DNA from: Camelus dromedarius
Lineage: Eukaryota
NCBI RefSeq assembly: GCF_036321535.1
Contig: NC_087437.1
Span: 102,240,001 to 102,304,000 of the forward strand
DNA length: 64,000 nucleotides
Reading direction: 5' to 3'
The position numbers and the translations under genes are program-made. The notes under the pieces are model-generated. The model saw only the letters and a list, made by a program, of their open reading frames with translations, was not told the DNA's origin and did not search any database. Positions 1-12,911 of the stretch are shown here, one piece after another (the first letter of the stretch is position 1; the number at the start of each line of letters is the position of its first letter).

Positions 1-209
1 CACCCCTACCCGTGCATCTTAGCATTTAAGAAAATGTCAAAACACTAGCTAAACACAAACTTAAGGAAAAGTAAAGTCAGAGATCACATATGATAAAGAA
101 TACTGGCTTACACCTTATAAACAGAAGACAAACAATCCAATTTAAAAGTGGACAAAGGTTGTATGTAGACATTTCTCCAGAGAAAATATGTAAATGGCTT
201 ACAATACAT

Positions 210-602
210 TGTCACAAACCAAACTGCACACTGAATAAAAATTTGGAAAGAACAGAAAGGTGAATTTATTGCAAAGCTTTTACCCTGCAAACTGGGAAAC
301 TCAAAGCTATGGAAGCAGTGAATCCAAATTGCTCACAGACTGAAGTTTTTTAATGGGATAAATACAGAAATTATTTGGCTTTTTCTGCTGATTGGTTGTT
401 TGGTGGTCTTTCTTACTTGGATCAGGGTACGTGAGTCAAGGGAACAAGGAAACGCATGGTTGAATGGGCTGATGTCCTCTGATGATATCTGAGAAGAGCC
501 GTACATTCCTGTAACACTATGTTAAGTATCATTTATGCACCTGTGTTGATTGTTTCCATTTTGTCCTTAACATAAGTGACCCCGTTTCAGACTGGTTTTA
601 CA
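210..602 (-). mobile_element. ERV1-type solo LTR
   Basis: TG...CA ends; 4-bp TSD acat (206-209 and 603-606); AATAAA and CCAAT on the minus strand; splits the L1 cleanly. Confidence 0.85.
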
Positions 603-692
603 ACATGAAAAGATGTTGGACATCAGTGATTAGGGAAATGTAAATTAAAACCACAAGGTGCCACTTTTTACTGACTAGGATGGCTGTAACCA

Positions 693-800
693 AAAAGAAA
701 AGAAGGAAGGAAGGAGGGAGTCTAGAAAGAAGAAAGGTAAGTAGGTAGGTAGGTAGGGAAGGGAAGGAAGAGGAAGGTAAGGGGAAAATGAGAAAAGAAA
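693..800. repeat. Purine-rich low-complexity tract (aagg/aggt units)
   Basis: aaagaaaagaaggaaggaagg...aggtaggtaggtaggg read directly. Confidence 0.8.
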
Positions 801-1011
801 AATGACTGCTGATGACTATGTGGAGAAATGGGATCTCTTCATACATCGCTGGTAGGAATGTAAAATGGTTCAGCTACTATGAAAAACAATTTGGTAGTTT
901 CTCAAAATATAGTTAAACACAGAATTATCATATGACCCCATGATTCTACTTAAATACCCAAAGAAATAAAAACAGATTCTCAAACAAGTCCATGCACACA
1001 TATGTTCATTG

Positions 1012-1890
1012 TGTTAGCAGATAGCAGGACCCCTAAATTAGGAAGCCCACCAAAGTGTGGGTCCTTGCTGCTGGCTGTGAAAGAATTTGCACAGCAAAGG
1101 CAGAGGAATGAAGTGAACAGCTGCTTTATTGCTCAGAAGGGGAAATGGAGGGAAAGTGCTCCAGGAGGGAGAAGGAAAGAAAAGTGCTTGAGCCAGGAGG
1201 CTTCAGACAGAATGGGTGGTAGAGACAGCTCCAACCTGGGTTGGACCACGTGGACTTTTATAAGAGGCATCTGCCATCATATTCTCCTTCCAGGTGTGAT
1301 GCAGCCAATCAGTCCTTGTATGGGCTTTTCCCATTGTTGTCATGGTAACTGTCAATTATCATGACACTGGTGGGCGTGTCATTTAGCATGCTAATACATT
1401 ACAATTATTATATAACGCGGCTTAAGGTCCACTGGAAGTCAAATCCTCCATCATCTTGGGCATTGGTTCTAATCTAACCAGTTCTTTTTTTTTCTCATTG
1501 CAACTGCCTCCTGAGACTTAAATAAGAGTAATCAATCAGTTTCTAGTTGAGGGAGGGGCAGAAGTACGATCCCGGGGGCAACAGCCTTGTTAACAATAAG
1601 AAAAGTTTCTTTTAATCAGAATGCCTGCAGTCTGGTGGACCCAGCATTACACCAAAAGAAAAAAAAAATCACCAAAGATTCTGTTCAGCTGTGAAAGTTT
1701 TTTAAAGGGAAATGAAGGAATAATCTGAGTTAATCATTGGGATAGGTGGTCAGAGTCCTTACCATCCCCCAGTGCCTGCAGGCTTGTCCTAATCAACTGC
1801 TTGAGCCTGCTCTTCTGTGACTCAGGGATTTTCTGTAAACAAGAGGCAGGGGTTGGTTGCGAGGTGCCCACAAGGTCCTGCTTGGAATCA
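1012..1890 (-). mobile_element. ERV1-type LTR insertion, possibly a composite of two LTR types
   Basis: TG...CA ends; TSD attg (1008-1011 and 1891-1894); MER4-group-like text (catggtaactgtc...gggcgtgtc...agcatgctaat); internal LTR-like end gttaaca at about 1595. Confidence 0.8.
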
Positions 1891-4200
1891 ATTGTAGCAC
1901 TATTCACAACAGCCTAAAGGTAGAAGCAACTCAAACGTCCACCAACAGATGAATGGGTATGAAGTTATGATATATAGGAGTATTATTGAACCATCTAAAG
2001 GAATGAAATGTTGATGCATGCAGTAATGTGGATGAACGTCAAAAACATTACGTTCAGTGAAAGAAACCCCAAGCGAAAGGTGACGTACTATATGATTCTA
2101 CTTATACAAATATCCAGCATAGGTAAAGCAGATTGGTGATTCCTAGGGACTGAGTGATGGGAGAATGGGAAGTAACTGCTTAATAGATTCAGGATTTCCC
2201 TTGAGGGTGTTGAATATATTTTGGAACTACATAGAAATGGTGATTGTACAACATTGTGAATGCACTAAATGCCAGTGACTTGCTTACTTTAAAACAGATT
2301 TTTAAATCATTAATTTTATGTTATACGAATTTTACCTAAATTATTTAAAAAAACAAACAAAAAAACAGGCTACACACCTCTACTCTTGCAGTGTTGGCTT
2401 TGGAAGAAGATACGTATTATCCACTTCACATATGAAAAATCTTTCTCCATACTAAGAGAGACTCTGAAAACAACATATACTGGAAGGTGATAAATCTTAA
2501 TTGCAAATTCCAGTGGTCTTGAAAACTTTCTGGAGGAAGTTAAGGAATAACAATATATGTTAATAAATCGATAGTTTCCTTCAAATCCTAAATTTCTTTC
2601 ACTAATTCACATGGGTCCCTTAAATAGAAATCTCAAGAATCATGGTTTCAACTAATATCACTTGTATTCCCTTATTTGGTAATGCAGCAGGTTATTTTGA
2701 TATTGACACAGTGTGTTTAATAACATTTATCTGATAGTTCTCCCCATTTTCAGTTTCTTGCATCAAAAATCTCAGGAAAGAGAGGCTGCATCCACATAAA
2801 GAAAGAATAAGGAAAAAAGTATTCCATGAATGAATGTATTCAGACTTGCTCAACATGAAACTTCTAAAAAAAAGTTTATATGAAAAATAAACAATAGTTT
2901 TTATTCCCAATGGATAATTCATTTAGAAAACATAATATAATAGATTTAATATCTGAGAATTAAAGTGTTTCAAAACTTTTTCTCAACAGTCCAAATTAAT
3001 ATTAAAATCAGTGGATGCTCACACTCACTGGGCTATCCTTAGCATATCTTAACCTGCTTTTCTGCATCGACTATACTTAAGGTTCATATTTTTTTTCATC
3101 TCGGTTTTCAAAGTTTTTCTTACCAGATATTTTGAGGAATCAGAATCTACTAGGATTATTATAGTTAAATAGCAAATAATTTTATTTAAATTAATGATGA
3201 AATTCAGATGAATGCTCTGAGTAAATATTTGAGATTTATTTAATCAATAGTTAAATATTTCTACACCATTCTTCTTTTCTTCTTTTTTTTTTTTACTCTC
3301 ACTCTACCCTTTGGAATTCATTTAACCATCACCTAATGAAAGTTCTTCAGGTGGCTCAGAACTACCCTCATTTTTCATAGAAACAGAGGCAAAAGAACTA
3401 AAGAAGCTTTTGTTCTTAAGCAGTCAAAACAAGATATGCCAACAGTAGTTACAAAGCAGCGGATTCAGTAGTAATTAGAGATTTCTAGTCTCTTTGCGGA
3501 ACTATTATTCTTCAGAACACTTCATCCTTCCAGTTTCTCCTTCCTCATGTGTTGTATAGCTTTGACTTCAGTCAAGCCACATGTAGTGTCAGTACCTGCG
3601 GGAAGTTTCCAGATTAAGTAAATGCAACACAAATTTCCTCTCTAAGACTCAACACCTATACTTTGCAAACAAACCTCCTTTATATACTTCATTATATAAA
3701 AACATAAAGGGGTTGATTTAGTAAATTAATTTTTATTGAGCTCCTGTTAGTACAAGATTCTTTAATTAAATGGTGTAGTGCGTTGAAATATATGAAAGTA
3801 TTTTATACTCTTTTCTGTGAGTAGGTGTTGAAAATGTAACTTATCCAAGGTTAATTACTGGCAATAATAAAAGTATTTTCAGCAGGACAGTGTTTTGTTA
3901 AGTAAAACTAAAATATGTTTATGACTTGCTGTGACCTTATTTTATAATGTTAAGCATAAAGGTTACTTTACAGAATGTAATTACCAACTTCCAGAAGTAG
4001 ATTAAGGAAGTGTTATAATGTAACATCATTAAGTAAAATACTTGAAAATATGTGTAATGATGAGCAAAATGCATGATATTACAGTAATAATTCAACAGTA
4101 AGAATGGTAACCCTGTTTTTTATCATGTCTAGCATCTAGGATGAGAAAGTCTTAAGTTTAAGCAAAGATCTCTGTGGCATAAGAGAACAGAGAATAGAGG

Positions 4201-4768
4201 TGTTACCATGAGCAGGGGTAAAAGGCCTCAGTTCTTTGTCCTACCCAAGAAAAAGAATTTAAACATGAGACTGAAAGCGTGATACAAACAAAACATTTTA
4301 TTAGTAGAGCAAAAGTTATTAGCTTACACCTTCAAGAATTGAAGGCGGGCCAGCCCAAGAGAGGAAAATTTCGCCTCCGCTTTGTTTCTCCTGTCTTCTA
4401 TCCTGCCTAAGAGGCATTCTCCTAATTGATTGATGGCTCATGTCCCTTGAGCACTGAAGCACGCCCATCTCTTTTGCGCATGCTTTTACCCGTTTTGCAC
4501 ACACAAAAAAATCTTACAGGAGGAGGCCCAAACCACAATGCTAATAATTACATTATAATGAACACTGGGTCATGTTAAGCAGGTTCCTTCTCTCTAACTG
4601 TGCAGACACAGCGTTAGATTCTGACTGGCTTCTTGGTTGGCAGTCATTTAGAGAAAGTTAAAATTCTTTGAAACCCCTTATTCTGAGCACAGGTGTACTG
4701 TTATCTTCTGGATTGTTCCCTTTCGCTTCCTTTCCCCTTGCCTGGTGCTCATTTCTAACTGCTTAACT
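4201..4768 (-). mobile_element. ERV1-type solo LTR, copy 1 of a family also at 62727
   Basis: Starts tgttacc; AATAAA on the minus strand near 4300; aligns along its length with 62727-63297. Confidence 0.85.
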
Positions 4769-5664
4769 TTGGGAAGATATTTTTTAAATGCTTCTAATAC
4801 TTTTCTATTTTTTTGAAAGTGTCTTAAAACTCCTTCTCTTTTTGAATAATTTTGATAACCAGGAAGTCCTTCTTGCTTTTTCCTAAAATTTAATCAATTT
4901 AAGTCCAGTCAGTGCGAAATTTGTCAGGGGCTATTATCTCTGAACTCCTCCTTGGATTAACTTCTGTAATGTAATGGAGAATGCAAGACTCTTGGGAGTG
5001 ACAGTAACTACAGGGACAGAAGAACAACGGGTTATTGACATTTCATCCCTTATAGTAGATGCCCAAAACAGGTCCCTAGACACCTGCAGAAATTACAAAG
5101 GTGTGTTAGACCATGACAGCTGATAAATTATTACCAGACACATCTCAAAATGAGTTTCTAGCCTTTACTATCATCCCTGCAGGAAAATGTACCATTTGTC
5201 TACCGGGAGGAAAACTTGGCTGAATACTCTAAAAGTTAAAATATATATGTAAGACAAGCATGTATATATAAGACACGAGAGAGAAAAATTAGACAACAAA
5301 ATAATGAAAAAGTAGGAATATTCAAATGTAACAGTAAAATTAATGTCTATCAAATAATGAAAAAATTTTAAATACTTTATACTCAAGGACATAATACAAG
5401 TAGAAGTTACTATATAAAATTTTAAGCAGAAAATAAAAACTGATATAATATTAGCATTGGGACCAATTCTACATTTTAATTGCATACAATGCAAAATATA
5501 AGTTGAATTTCATATTTTTATGCTGAACTAGTCTGGGATGATCTTCACAATGCCATTGGGAGTTTCATACAGTAGATTTTAATACGGATGATGCTTGTTG
5601 AGTGTCCAGTTAAGTGTTTGCTAAAAATTTGGATATATAACCAAACATTTTCAAATATATGCCA

Positions 5665-5760
5665 ATTAATAATATAATTATAATATATACTATAGTATAT
5701 TGTATAATATATACCTATACTATATACTATGTATAGTACTGTAATTTCTATATATGTATG
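5665..5760. repeat. TA-rich low-complexity tract
   Basis: Degenerate tata/tagta runs. Confidence 0.7.
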
Positions 5761-6289
5761 TAGTAGTTTTGATACTGGCAATTTTCTATTATGAAGAGAC
5801 TATTTTATTTTCTAATATGATTTTCTAGTCTTTGAGTGATTACAGAAACATAAAAAACAAGTGACATGAGCTTTTCCCTGGAATAATGCTAAATTATTTT
5901 GTTACCAGTTGTACATCATGTATTTCTTGAACTTGGAATTAACAAAAAGCAAAATGATAATTATTAAGTTTTTGAGAGAATTGGGTTACCAAAAATATCA
6001 CAAGTCTATACTTCAAAAGCCTGTGAGCTGTTTAACTGCAAACTAAGTCTTGTACGCTTAAGACATCAGTTTCATGTTATAATTCACTGTGTTTGGCCAA
6101 TAAGTTAGAAACTTAATGAAATATTCAGTTGTCTAAAGAAATACTCATTTATCAAAATTTACTCAAGTAGTAATAGAAAGTCTGAACTCATCTAAAAAAA
6201 TTAATTAACACCAAATATTTACCCCCATCTGTGTATTCCACATATACAGAGAACCGTCTGGGCCTAGACATTATAGCATATTATTTAAA

Positions 6290-8390
6290 ACAAACACAGA
6301 TATTTTCAAGTTAATACAAATTCTTCCAGTGAAGAGAAAATTGGGAACTGTTTCTTCAATTTATTAAATAGTTTTAATCTTAATATGAAAAAAAAGAGCC
6401 TGAGAAAAGTGCGCTTGGGGAAATAATGCAAATATTGTAAGTAAATTTTAATAAATCAAACCCAGAACTATATAAAAATGCACACAAATTGAATTTAGCA
6501 TAGGAAAGCAAGAATAGCTTAACATTCGAATTTACCTAATGTATTTTTTTTATTTTATTGAGTTGTAGTCAGTTTACAATGTTGTATCAATTTCTGGTGT
6601 ACAACACAATTTTTCAGTCATACATGAATATATGTATATTCATTTTCATATTCTTTTTCACCGTAAGCTACTACAAGCTCTTGTATATATTTCCCTGTGC
6701 TATACAGTATAAACTTGTTTATCTATTCTATATATACCTGTCAGCATATACAAATCTCAAACTCCCAGTCTGTCCCTTCCCACCCTCCTTCCCCCTAGCA
6801 AACACAAGTCTGTATTCTATGTCTATGAGTCTGTTTCTGTTTTGTGTTTAAGTTCATTTGTCATCATCTTTTTTTTAATATTCCACATATGAGTGATATC
6901 ATATGGTATTTTTCTTTCTCTTTCTGGCTTACTTCACTTAGAATGACATTCTCCAGGGACATCCATGTTGCTGCAAATGGCTTTATGTTGTTGGTATTTA
7001 TGGCTGAATAGCATTCCAATGTATAAATATACCACAACTTCTTTATCCAGTCATATGTTTTTGGACATTTAGGTTGTTTCTATGACTTGACTATAGTAAA
7101 TATGCTGCTATGAACATTGGGGTGAAGGTGTCTTTTTGAATTAGGATTCCTTCTGGATATATGCCCAGGAGTGGGATTACTGGGTCATATGATAAGTCTA
7201 TTCCTAGTCTTTTGAGGAATCTCCATACTATTTTCCACAGTGACTTCACCAAACTGCATTCCCACCAACAGTATTAGGAGGGTTCCCTTTCTCCACAGCC
7301 TCTCCAGCATTTGTCATTTGTGGACTTTTGAATGATGGCTATTCTGACTGGTGTGAGGTGATACCTCACTGTAGTTTTGATTTGCATTTCTCTGATAATT
7401 AGTGATATTGAGCATTTTTTCATGTGCCTATTGGTCATTTGTATGTCTTCATCGGAGAATTGCTTCTTTAGGTCTTCTACCCATTTTTGGATTGAGTTGT
7501 TTGTTTTTTTCTTGTCAAGTTGTATGAGCTGTTTAAATATTCTGGAGACCTAATTACACTTACAAGCTTTTGCACAGCAAAGGAAACCATAAGCAAAACA
7601 AAATGACAACCTATGGAATGGGAGAAAATATTTGCAAAAGACGAAACTGAAATTGCCTAATGTATTACATATTAATATGTTTAAGGATAAGTTTAAGAAC
7701 TCTAGAAACATATTTGATAATATTCAATATTCTTCCATCATAAAATTTATTGTCATTCTAAGAGTAGAAAGGAACTTTCTTAGTCTGCTTAACTGTCTAC
7801 CAAATAATCTATAGCTGTACTTATAAAGGTAAAAAGGTAGAAGCGTTCCCTTAAAAATCAGGAAAACTCATAAATTCCACTCAAGTTTATAAATTGTGGT
7901 TCCTTTTGCACATGTGCACAAGGATCGGTTAGAATATTTTTAGTAAAGTTTTGTGTAATAGTAAACAGTTGGACAGAGCCTAAATGTATATTGATGGAAT
8001 AGACTACTGTCCTTCAAATATAATAGTACATTCATTCAATCTGTTACCATACAAGAGTCTCAAAACATAATTCTGAAAAAAGATCCAAGTTTTTAAAGGA
8101 TATATACAGTTTAAACTCATGAAAAACAAGGCTATATATCATTAAAGATGAATACATATGTAATAAAACTACTTAAAAATGCATAAGAATAATTGAAACT
8201 AAATCTAATACAGTAAACTTCTGGCGAAGGAAATACAAGATAAATGCACTCCAGATGTAGACATAATGGTACCTAAACTCTATTGGCAAAGTTCTATTTA
8301 AGCTGTATTGTATGCTCATAATTATTCATTATGCCATTCTTTACTCCTTTTTATATGTCCTAAATAAATATTGCATAATTTAAAGAATGA
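6290..8390 (+). mobile_element. Ancient L1 (L1ME-like) ORF2 and 3' UTR fragments hosting a younger L1
   Basis: Decayed ORF2 text (aatgcaaatattgtaagtaaa...aaatcaaacccagaactatataaaa; agagtagaaaggaactttcttagtctg; cgttcccttaaaatcaggaa) on both sides of the insert. Confidence 0.65.
6546..7650 (-). mobile_element. Young camelid-type L1, 5'-truncated with a 5' inversion (twin priming)
   Basis: Poly-T then L1 3' UTR/ORF2 in antisense to about 7548; sense L1 segment at about 7545-7650; TSD core cctaatgtatt (6535-6545 and 7656-7666). Confidence 0.9.
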
Positions 8391-9571
8391 AGAGTAAACA
8401 CTGTTTTGATAGACTCTGAAATAACACATAAAACTGAAGTCTAGTAAGATAACAAAATTCATATATATATAAATATATATATGTGTATATATTATAATAT
8501 ATAATATGTATATCTCACAGAGGTAATGCACAGAATTTGGAAATGTTCCACAACCAAATAGGAGAAATCACTAAAAATATGTAGAAAAATATATTGTATG
8601 GAAAAATAAATAGGTTTTTTTTGATTATATATGGACATATGGCTAAAAAGCATGATTTTAAATATATGAAAAACACTTTTAATATGTAACTTGCAAGTTT
8701 AGAATTCATTCAGTTATTTCCAGATCATTTGTAAAACTTTGAAGAACAGACCGTTGCTATGGAGATTTTGCTTAATAATCATCAAACGAAGGACTGAAAA
8801 AGCTAAACATTTGCATTCATAAGAATACAATGCTTGTGTTTATATTTCAGAGTTCTATAGCATGAAGCACATGCTCATTACTGCCAAATTTTGAAGCGAA
8901 ACTTCCACCCCCACTTAATCTAACATTATTCTATTATTTTTAGGTTAATTTTTGTTTTATTCACATTGACTTATAGTCATATTGACTAGGGATCAAGCAC
9001 TTATACTGTCATTATCGATAGCAGCTGAAAAAGAAAGAAAGAACCTTGCATGAATGATCTGATATACCTAGGGAAGAATACATTCTGAATCCTGCCAATT
9101 TGGTTCAGAGACATTGCCGAGGCCTCTGCATATAAAAAAGGAATTTTCAGTACAACAATTTTAATTTTTTTTCTAACTATTTTGGCCTGAGTTCATAACT
9201 TGCTTATAGGGATTCACAGATTTTTGAGCATCCAGATCTGCAAAATTACCACATTTTATACATATTGCCCACTAAGAAAGTCTGTCCCACTTCAATCTGG
9301 CTTGCTCATCTGTGGTCTGACAGATGGATTCTACCCACAGGCAGAGAAAACCTTATTTTAAAAATAAAAATTAATTAAATGAAACTTAAAATCTCACATC
9401 AAGTTACAAGGAATTGTTATTAAAGAAAATTGTATGAGACCACTCACTGATTGCACTGTTTTAAATACCATTTTCATCTGTCACTGATGGCACTTTAAAA
9501 ATATTTGTTTTCTATTTAATGCAGGTATCATTTATCAGAAGTTGGTAGGGCAGTTAGATTGCATAGAACGT

Positions 9572-10040
9572 TGTGGCAGACATTGACTCCTTACAGATAT
9601 CCATCTTCCCCATATTCCGTAATAAGACACTTGATCTTGTTTGAAGCAACAGTGAGCCCAGCTGCAAGTAATAGATGGTGACTGAACTAAACCAACAGTT
9701 AGAATTCTGTTCTCCTATTCTGTTGCTGCCAGTGGTGACTGTTGTTAACAGTGCTCTTGCCAGACAGACATAGAGGAAAGTTTGTTGGATGGCTGTGAGT
9801 TTTGGGAAAAGCTTTTGAGTTTCCAGTAAAAGAGACAGATAAAACTTGTTAACTTTCCTTCTGCAATTGTAAATATCATGATTAGAACTGGGGCAATCAT
9901 TTTGCTACCATGATTTATATGCATAAAAATTAAAATCTGACATTGTAAGGATGATAAGATGGAAAATAGAAGAATCTTGTGCCCTTGGTTACATGACTGA
10001 GTCCCTGAGCCAATGCTAGGAAAAGCCTGGATTTATATTT
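9572..10040 (+). mobile_element. ERVL LTR (LTR33/LTR16-like)
   Basis: tgtggcagacattg start; gcaatcattttgctaccatg...gatggaaaatagaagaatcttgtgcccttggttacatgactgagtccctgagccaa resembles LTR33. Strand uncertain. Confidence 0.6.
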
Positions 10041-12130
10041 CTGGTCTTTTAATTGACACAGAACCATTCATATTATCTATTTTTTTCTTGCATAGATGTT
10101 TGTGGAATGTTTGTGGCTGGTCTCTTTTCAAGTAATATGACCATTTTATACAAGTTGTCAAAGTTATGAGCATAAAATTGTAACATTTTATTATTGTTAT
10201 TTCAGTGTTTTGTAAGCTTAAAATGTTATCCTCTCTTTCATTCCTGATATTGGTAATTTGTGCCTGTGGTTCATGGTTATTATAGCTAGATGCTCATTAA
10301 TTTTATTGATCTTTTGAAAGAGTTTTGATCTCATTGATCTCTGTTTTTCTTTTTCAATTTCATTGATTTATGCTTTTGTTTTTATTATTTCCTTTCTTAT
10401 GGTGGTATTCTTGCTTTGATTTTTAAGTTGCACTTTATTTTCATAGGTGTTTTTGTTTTTTGTTTTTGTTTCTGTTTTTAGTGTAGAAGCTTAGATCACT
10501 GACTTGAGAGATTTGTTTGATAATCTAAATATTTAATGCTATAAATTTTCCTTTATGTGTTGCTTTACGTGCATCCTACATTTGGTGTTTTTATTTTCCT
10601 TTAATTAAAAATATTTTAAAATTTCTTGTGTGGCTTCCTCTTTGACTTATAGGGTAGATAGAGTTTGTTTTAAAATTTCTGGATACTTAGGGATTTACCA
10701 GATACCTTTATATAAATAATTGTTTAATTCAGATGTTGTCAGGGAGCATATATAATGTGATTGCAGTTCTTTTAAATTTTTTGTGTTTTGTTTTGTGACC
10801 CAGAATCTGGTTTATGTTGGTGAATATTCCATATGGACGTAAGTAATAACGTTTTCTACTGTAGTTGAGTGGAGTTCTGTAAATGTCACTGAGGTAAATT
10901 GAGTTGATAGTGGTGTCCATCTTTTCTATATCTTTACTGATTTTCTGTCTACTTTTTATATCAGGAAGAACAATGAGAATTTTTGTACTTCTTTATTCAG
11001 TTCTATCAGTTTACACTTGATGCATTTTGAACCTTTTTGTAAAAGTGTGTATCTTCTTGGTGTACTGATTTATCATTCTTGAATATTTCTTTTTAAACTG
11101 GTCATGTTTTTTGTTTTAAAGTAAACTTTGTCTCATATTAATATACACAGTTTAGCTTTGTTTTATTAGCATTTCTGTTGATATCATTCTCCACCTTTTA
11201 AAAATTAACCTATCTCTTTACTTTTAAAGGCAGACTCCAGGCACATACAGTTGGGTCTTCTTTTTCATCATGTGTCTGCAATCTCTATTTTGAATCAGTG
11301 TCTTTAGACTATTTCTTAATGTACTACAGTTACTGTTATGGCTAGATTTATAGCTAGCATGCTACTAGTCATCTTTTCATAAATAGATTTCATAAAGACA
11401 TAAATTCCTCTATTTCCCTTCGTCTTTCTGCTTACTTTTGGATTGAGTATATTTTTACATTATGCCATTGTACCTCCACAATTGGCTTATCAATCATATC
11501 TCATTTCTTTTAATATTTAGCCTGGAATTTATAATACATATCTTTACTTAATCATATCTAACCTCAAATAATATTAGGCTCCTTCACATATAGAATAAAA
11601 ACCTTAGAATAGTACACTTTTAATCTCTGTGCCTACCTTTTTCTTGTATACGTATGACTTTTACAAATAATATAAACTCTCTTTTTATTTTTGCCTTAGA
11701 AGGCCAATTGTCATTTAAAGCAAAAACAAGAGCAATGCATTTATACTAACCAATATTTTAACATTTATGGAAACTTTTACTTCCCTGTATAGATCTAAGA
11801 TTTTTTTATGTATCATATTTCTTCTGCCTGTAGGACTTTCTTTAACATTTCTTGCAGTGTTGCTCCAGTGGTAATGGGTTTTCATAGCTTTTGTTTTTCT
11901 TAAGGAGTCATTATTTAGTGTTCTTTTTAAAAGATGTCTTCACAATGTATAGAATTCTGGATTGCTATTTTTCCTTTTTTCTTTTCTCCACATTAAAATG
12001 TTATTCTGTTTCCTTCTGGCTGGCACAGTTTCTCATGAGAAGTGTATTCTAATGCCTATCTTTGTTTTTCTGTGTGCACTGTACCTTTTTTCTTTGGAGA
12101 GCTTCAGCAGTTAGACTATGATATGCCTAG

Positions 12131-12132
<2 letters not shown>

Positions 12133-12168
<36 letters not shown>
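12133..12168. repeat. (GT)18 microsatellite
   Basis: Read directly. Confidence 0.97.
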
Positions 12169-12169
<1 letters not shown>

Positions 12170-12465
12170 CAAGTTACCCTGCAGTTGTTCTCTAAGGTTC
12201 TTAAATCTATAATTTGATATATTTTATCATGTTTGGGAAATTCTTCACCACTGTCTCTTGAACTCTTTCTTCTGCCTTATTTTGCCTCTTATGTCCTACT
12301 GGAATTCATTTATTACACTACTTGATCTTATTCTATAGCTCTTAAATGCTTTAATTTTTTTTTTCTTCATTTTTTTCTCTTTTTGTTTCACTTTAGGTAA
12401 TTTATATTAACCTGGCTCCAGTTACTGATTGTTTCCTTATCTGTATCAAGTCTACTGATGACACT

Positions 12466-12911
12466 TGCTATGTGTTAAATTGTGGCCACAAAAACTATGT
12501 TGAAGACCTAATTCCCAATACCTCATAACATGGCATTGCTTGGAAATACATCTTTACGAAGGTGATCAAGTTAAAACGAGGTCATTAGGGTGGGCCCTAA
12601 TCCACTATGAATGGTATCCTATGAAAAGGGGAAATTTGAACACAGAAACAGACAAGCCCAGAGCATTGATGTTATGAAGACACAGAGAGAAGGCCAAGGG
12701 AAGGGAGTCTGATTGGAGTGATACATCTAGAGGAACACCTGAGGGTACCAGGATAGGCAGGATGGGACAGATCTTCCCTAGTGTCTTCAGAGGGTTATGT
12801 CCCCAATGACACTTTAATTTTACACTTCAATTAAAAATCTGAGACAAATTTCTGTTATTTTAACCAACTAGTTTGTGGTACTTTCTTACAGAAGCCCCAG
12901 GAATGAATACT
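12466..12911 (+). mobile_element. MaLR LTR (MLT1B/C-like)
   Basis: aagttaaaacgaggtcattagggtgggccctaatcca...tttgtggtactttcttacagaagccccaggaatgaatac are MLT1 hallmarks. Confidence 0.88.

Larger units (their letters stand above)
20..2370 (+). mobile_element. Old L1 (L1MA/L1MB-like), 3' ORF2 and 3' UTR, interrupted by two LTR insertions
   Basis: L1 3' motifs (agacatttctccagagaaaatatgtaaatggc...atgaaaagatg; atgttcattg|tagcactattcacaacagcc; gtgattgtacaacattgtgaatgcactaaatgcc) and an A-rich tail at about 2346-2367. The L1 text reads through once the inserts are removed. Confidence 0.9.

Noticed and set aside
1002..1364. 120-aa ORF
   Set aside because: Spans an L1/LTR junction; chance ORF.
2740..2830. 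Plus-strand acceptor-like site ccccattttcag
   Set aside because: No good donor and no recognisable peptide.
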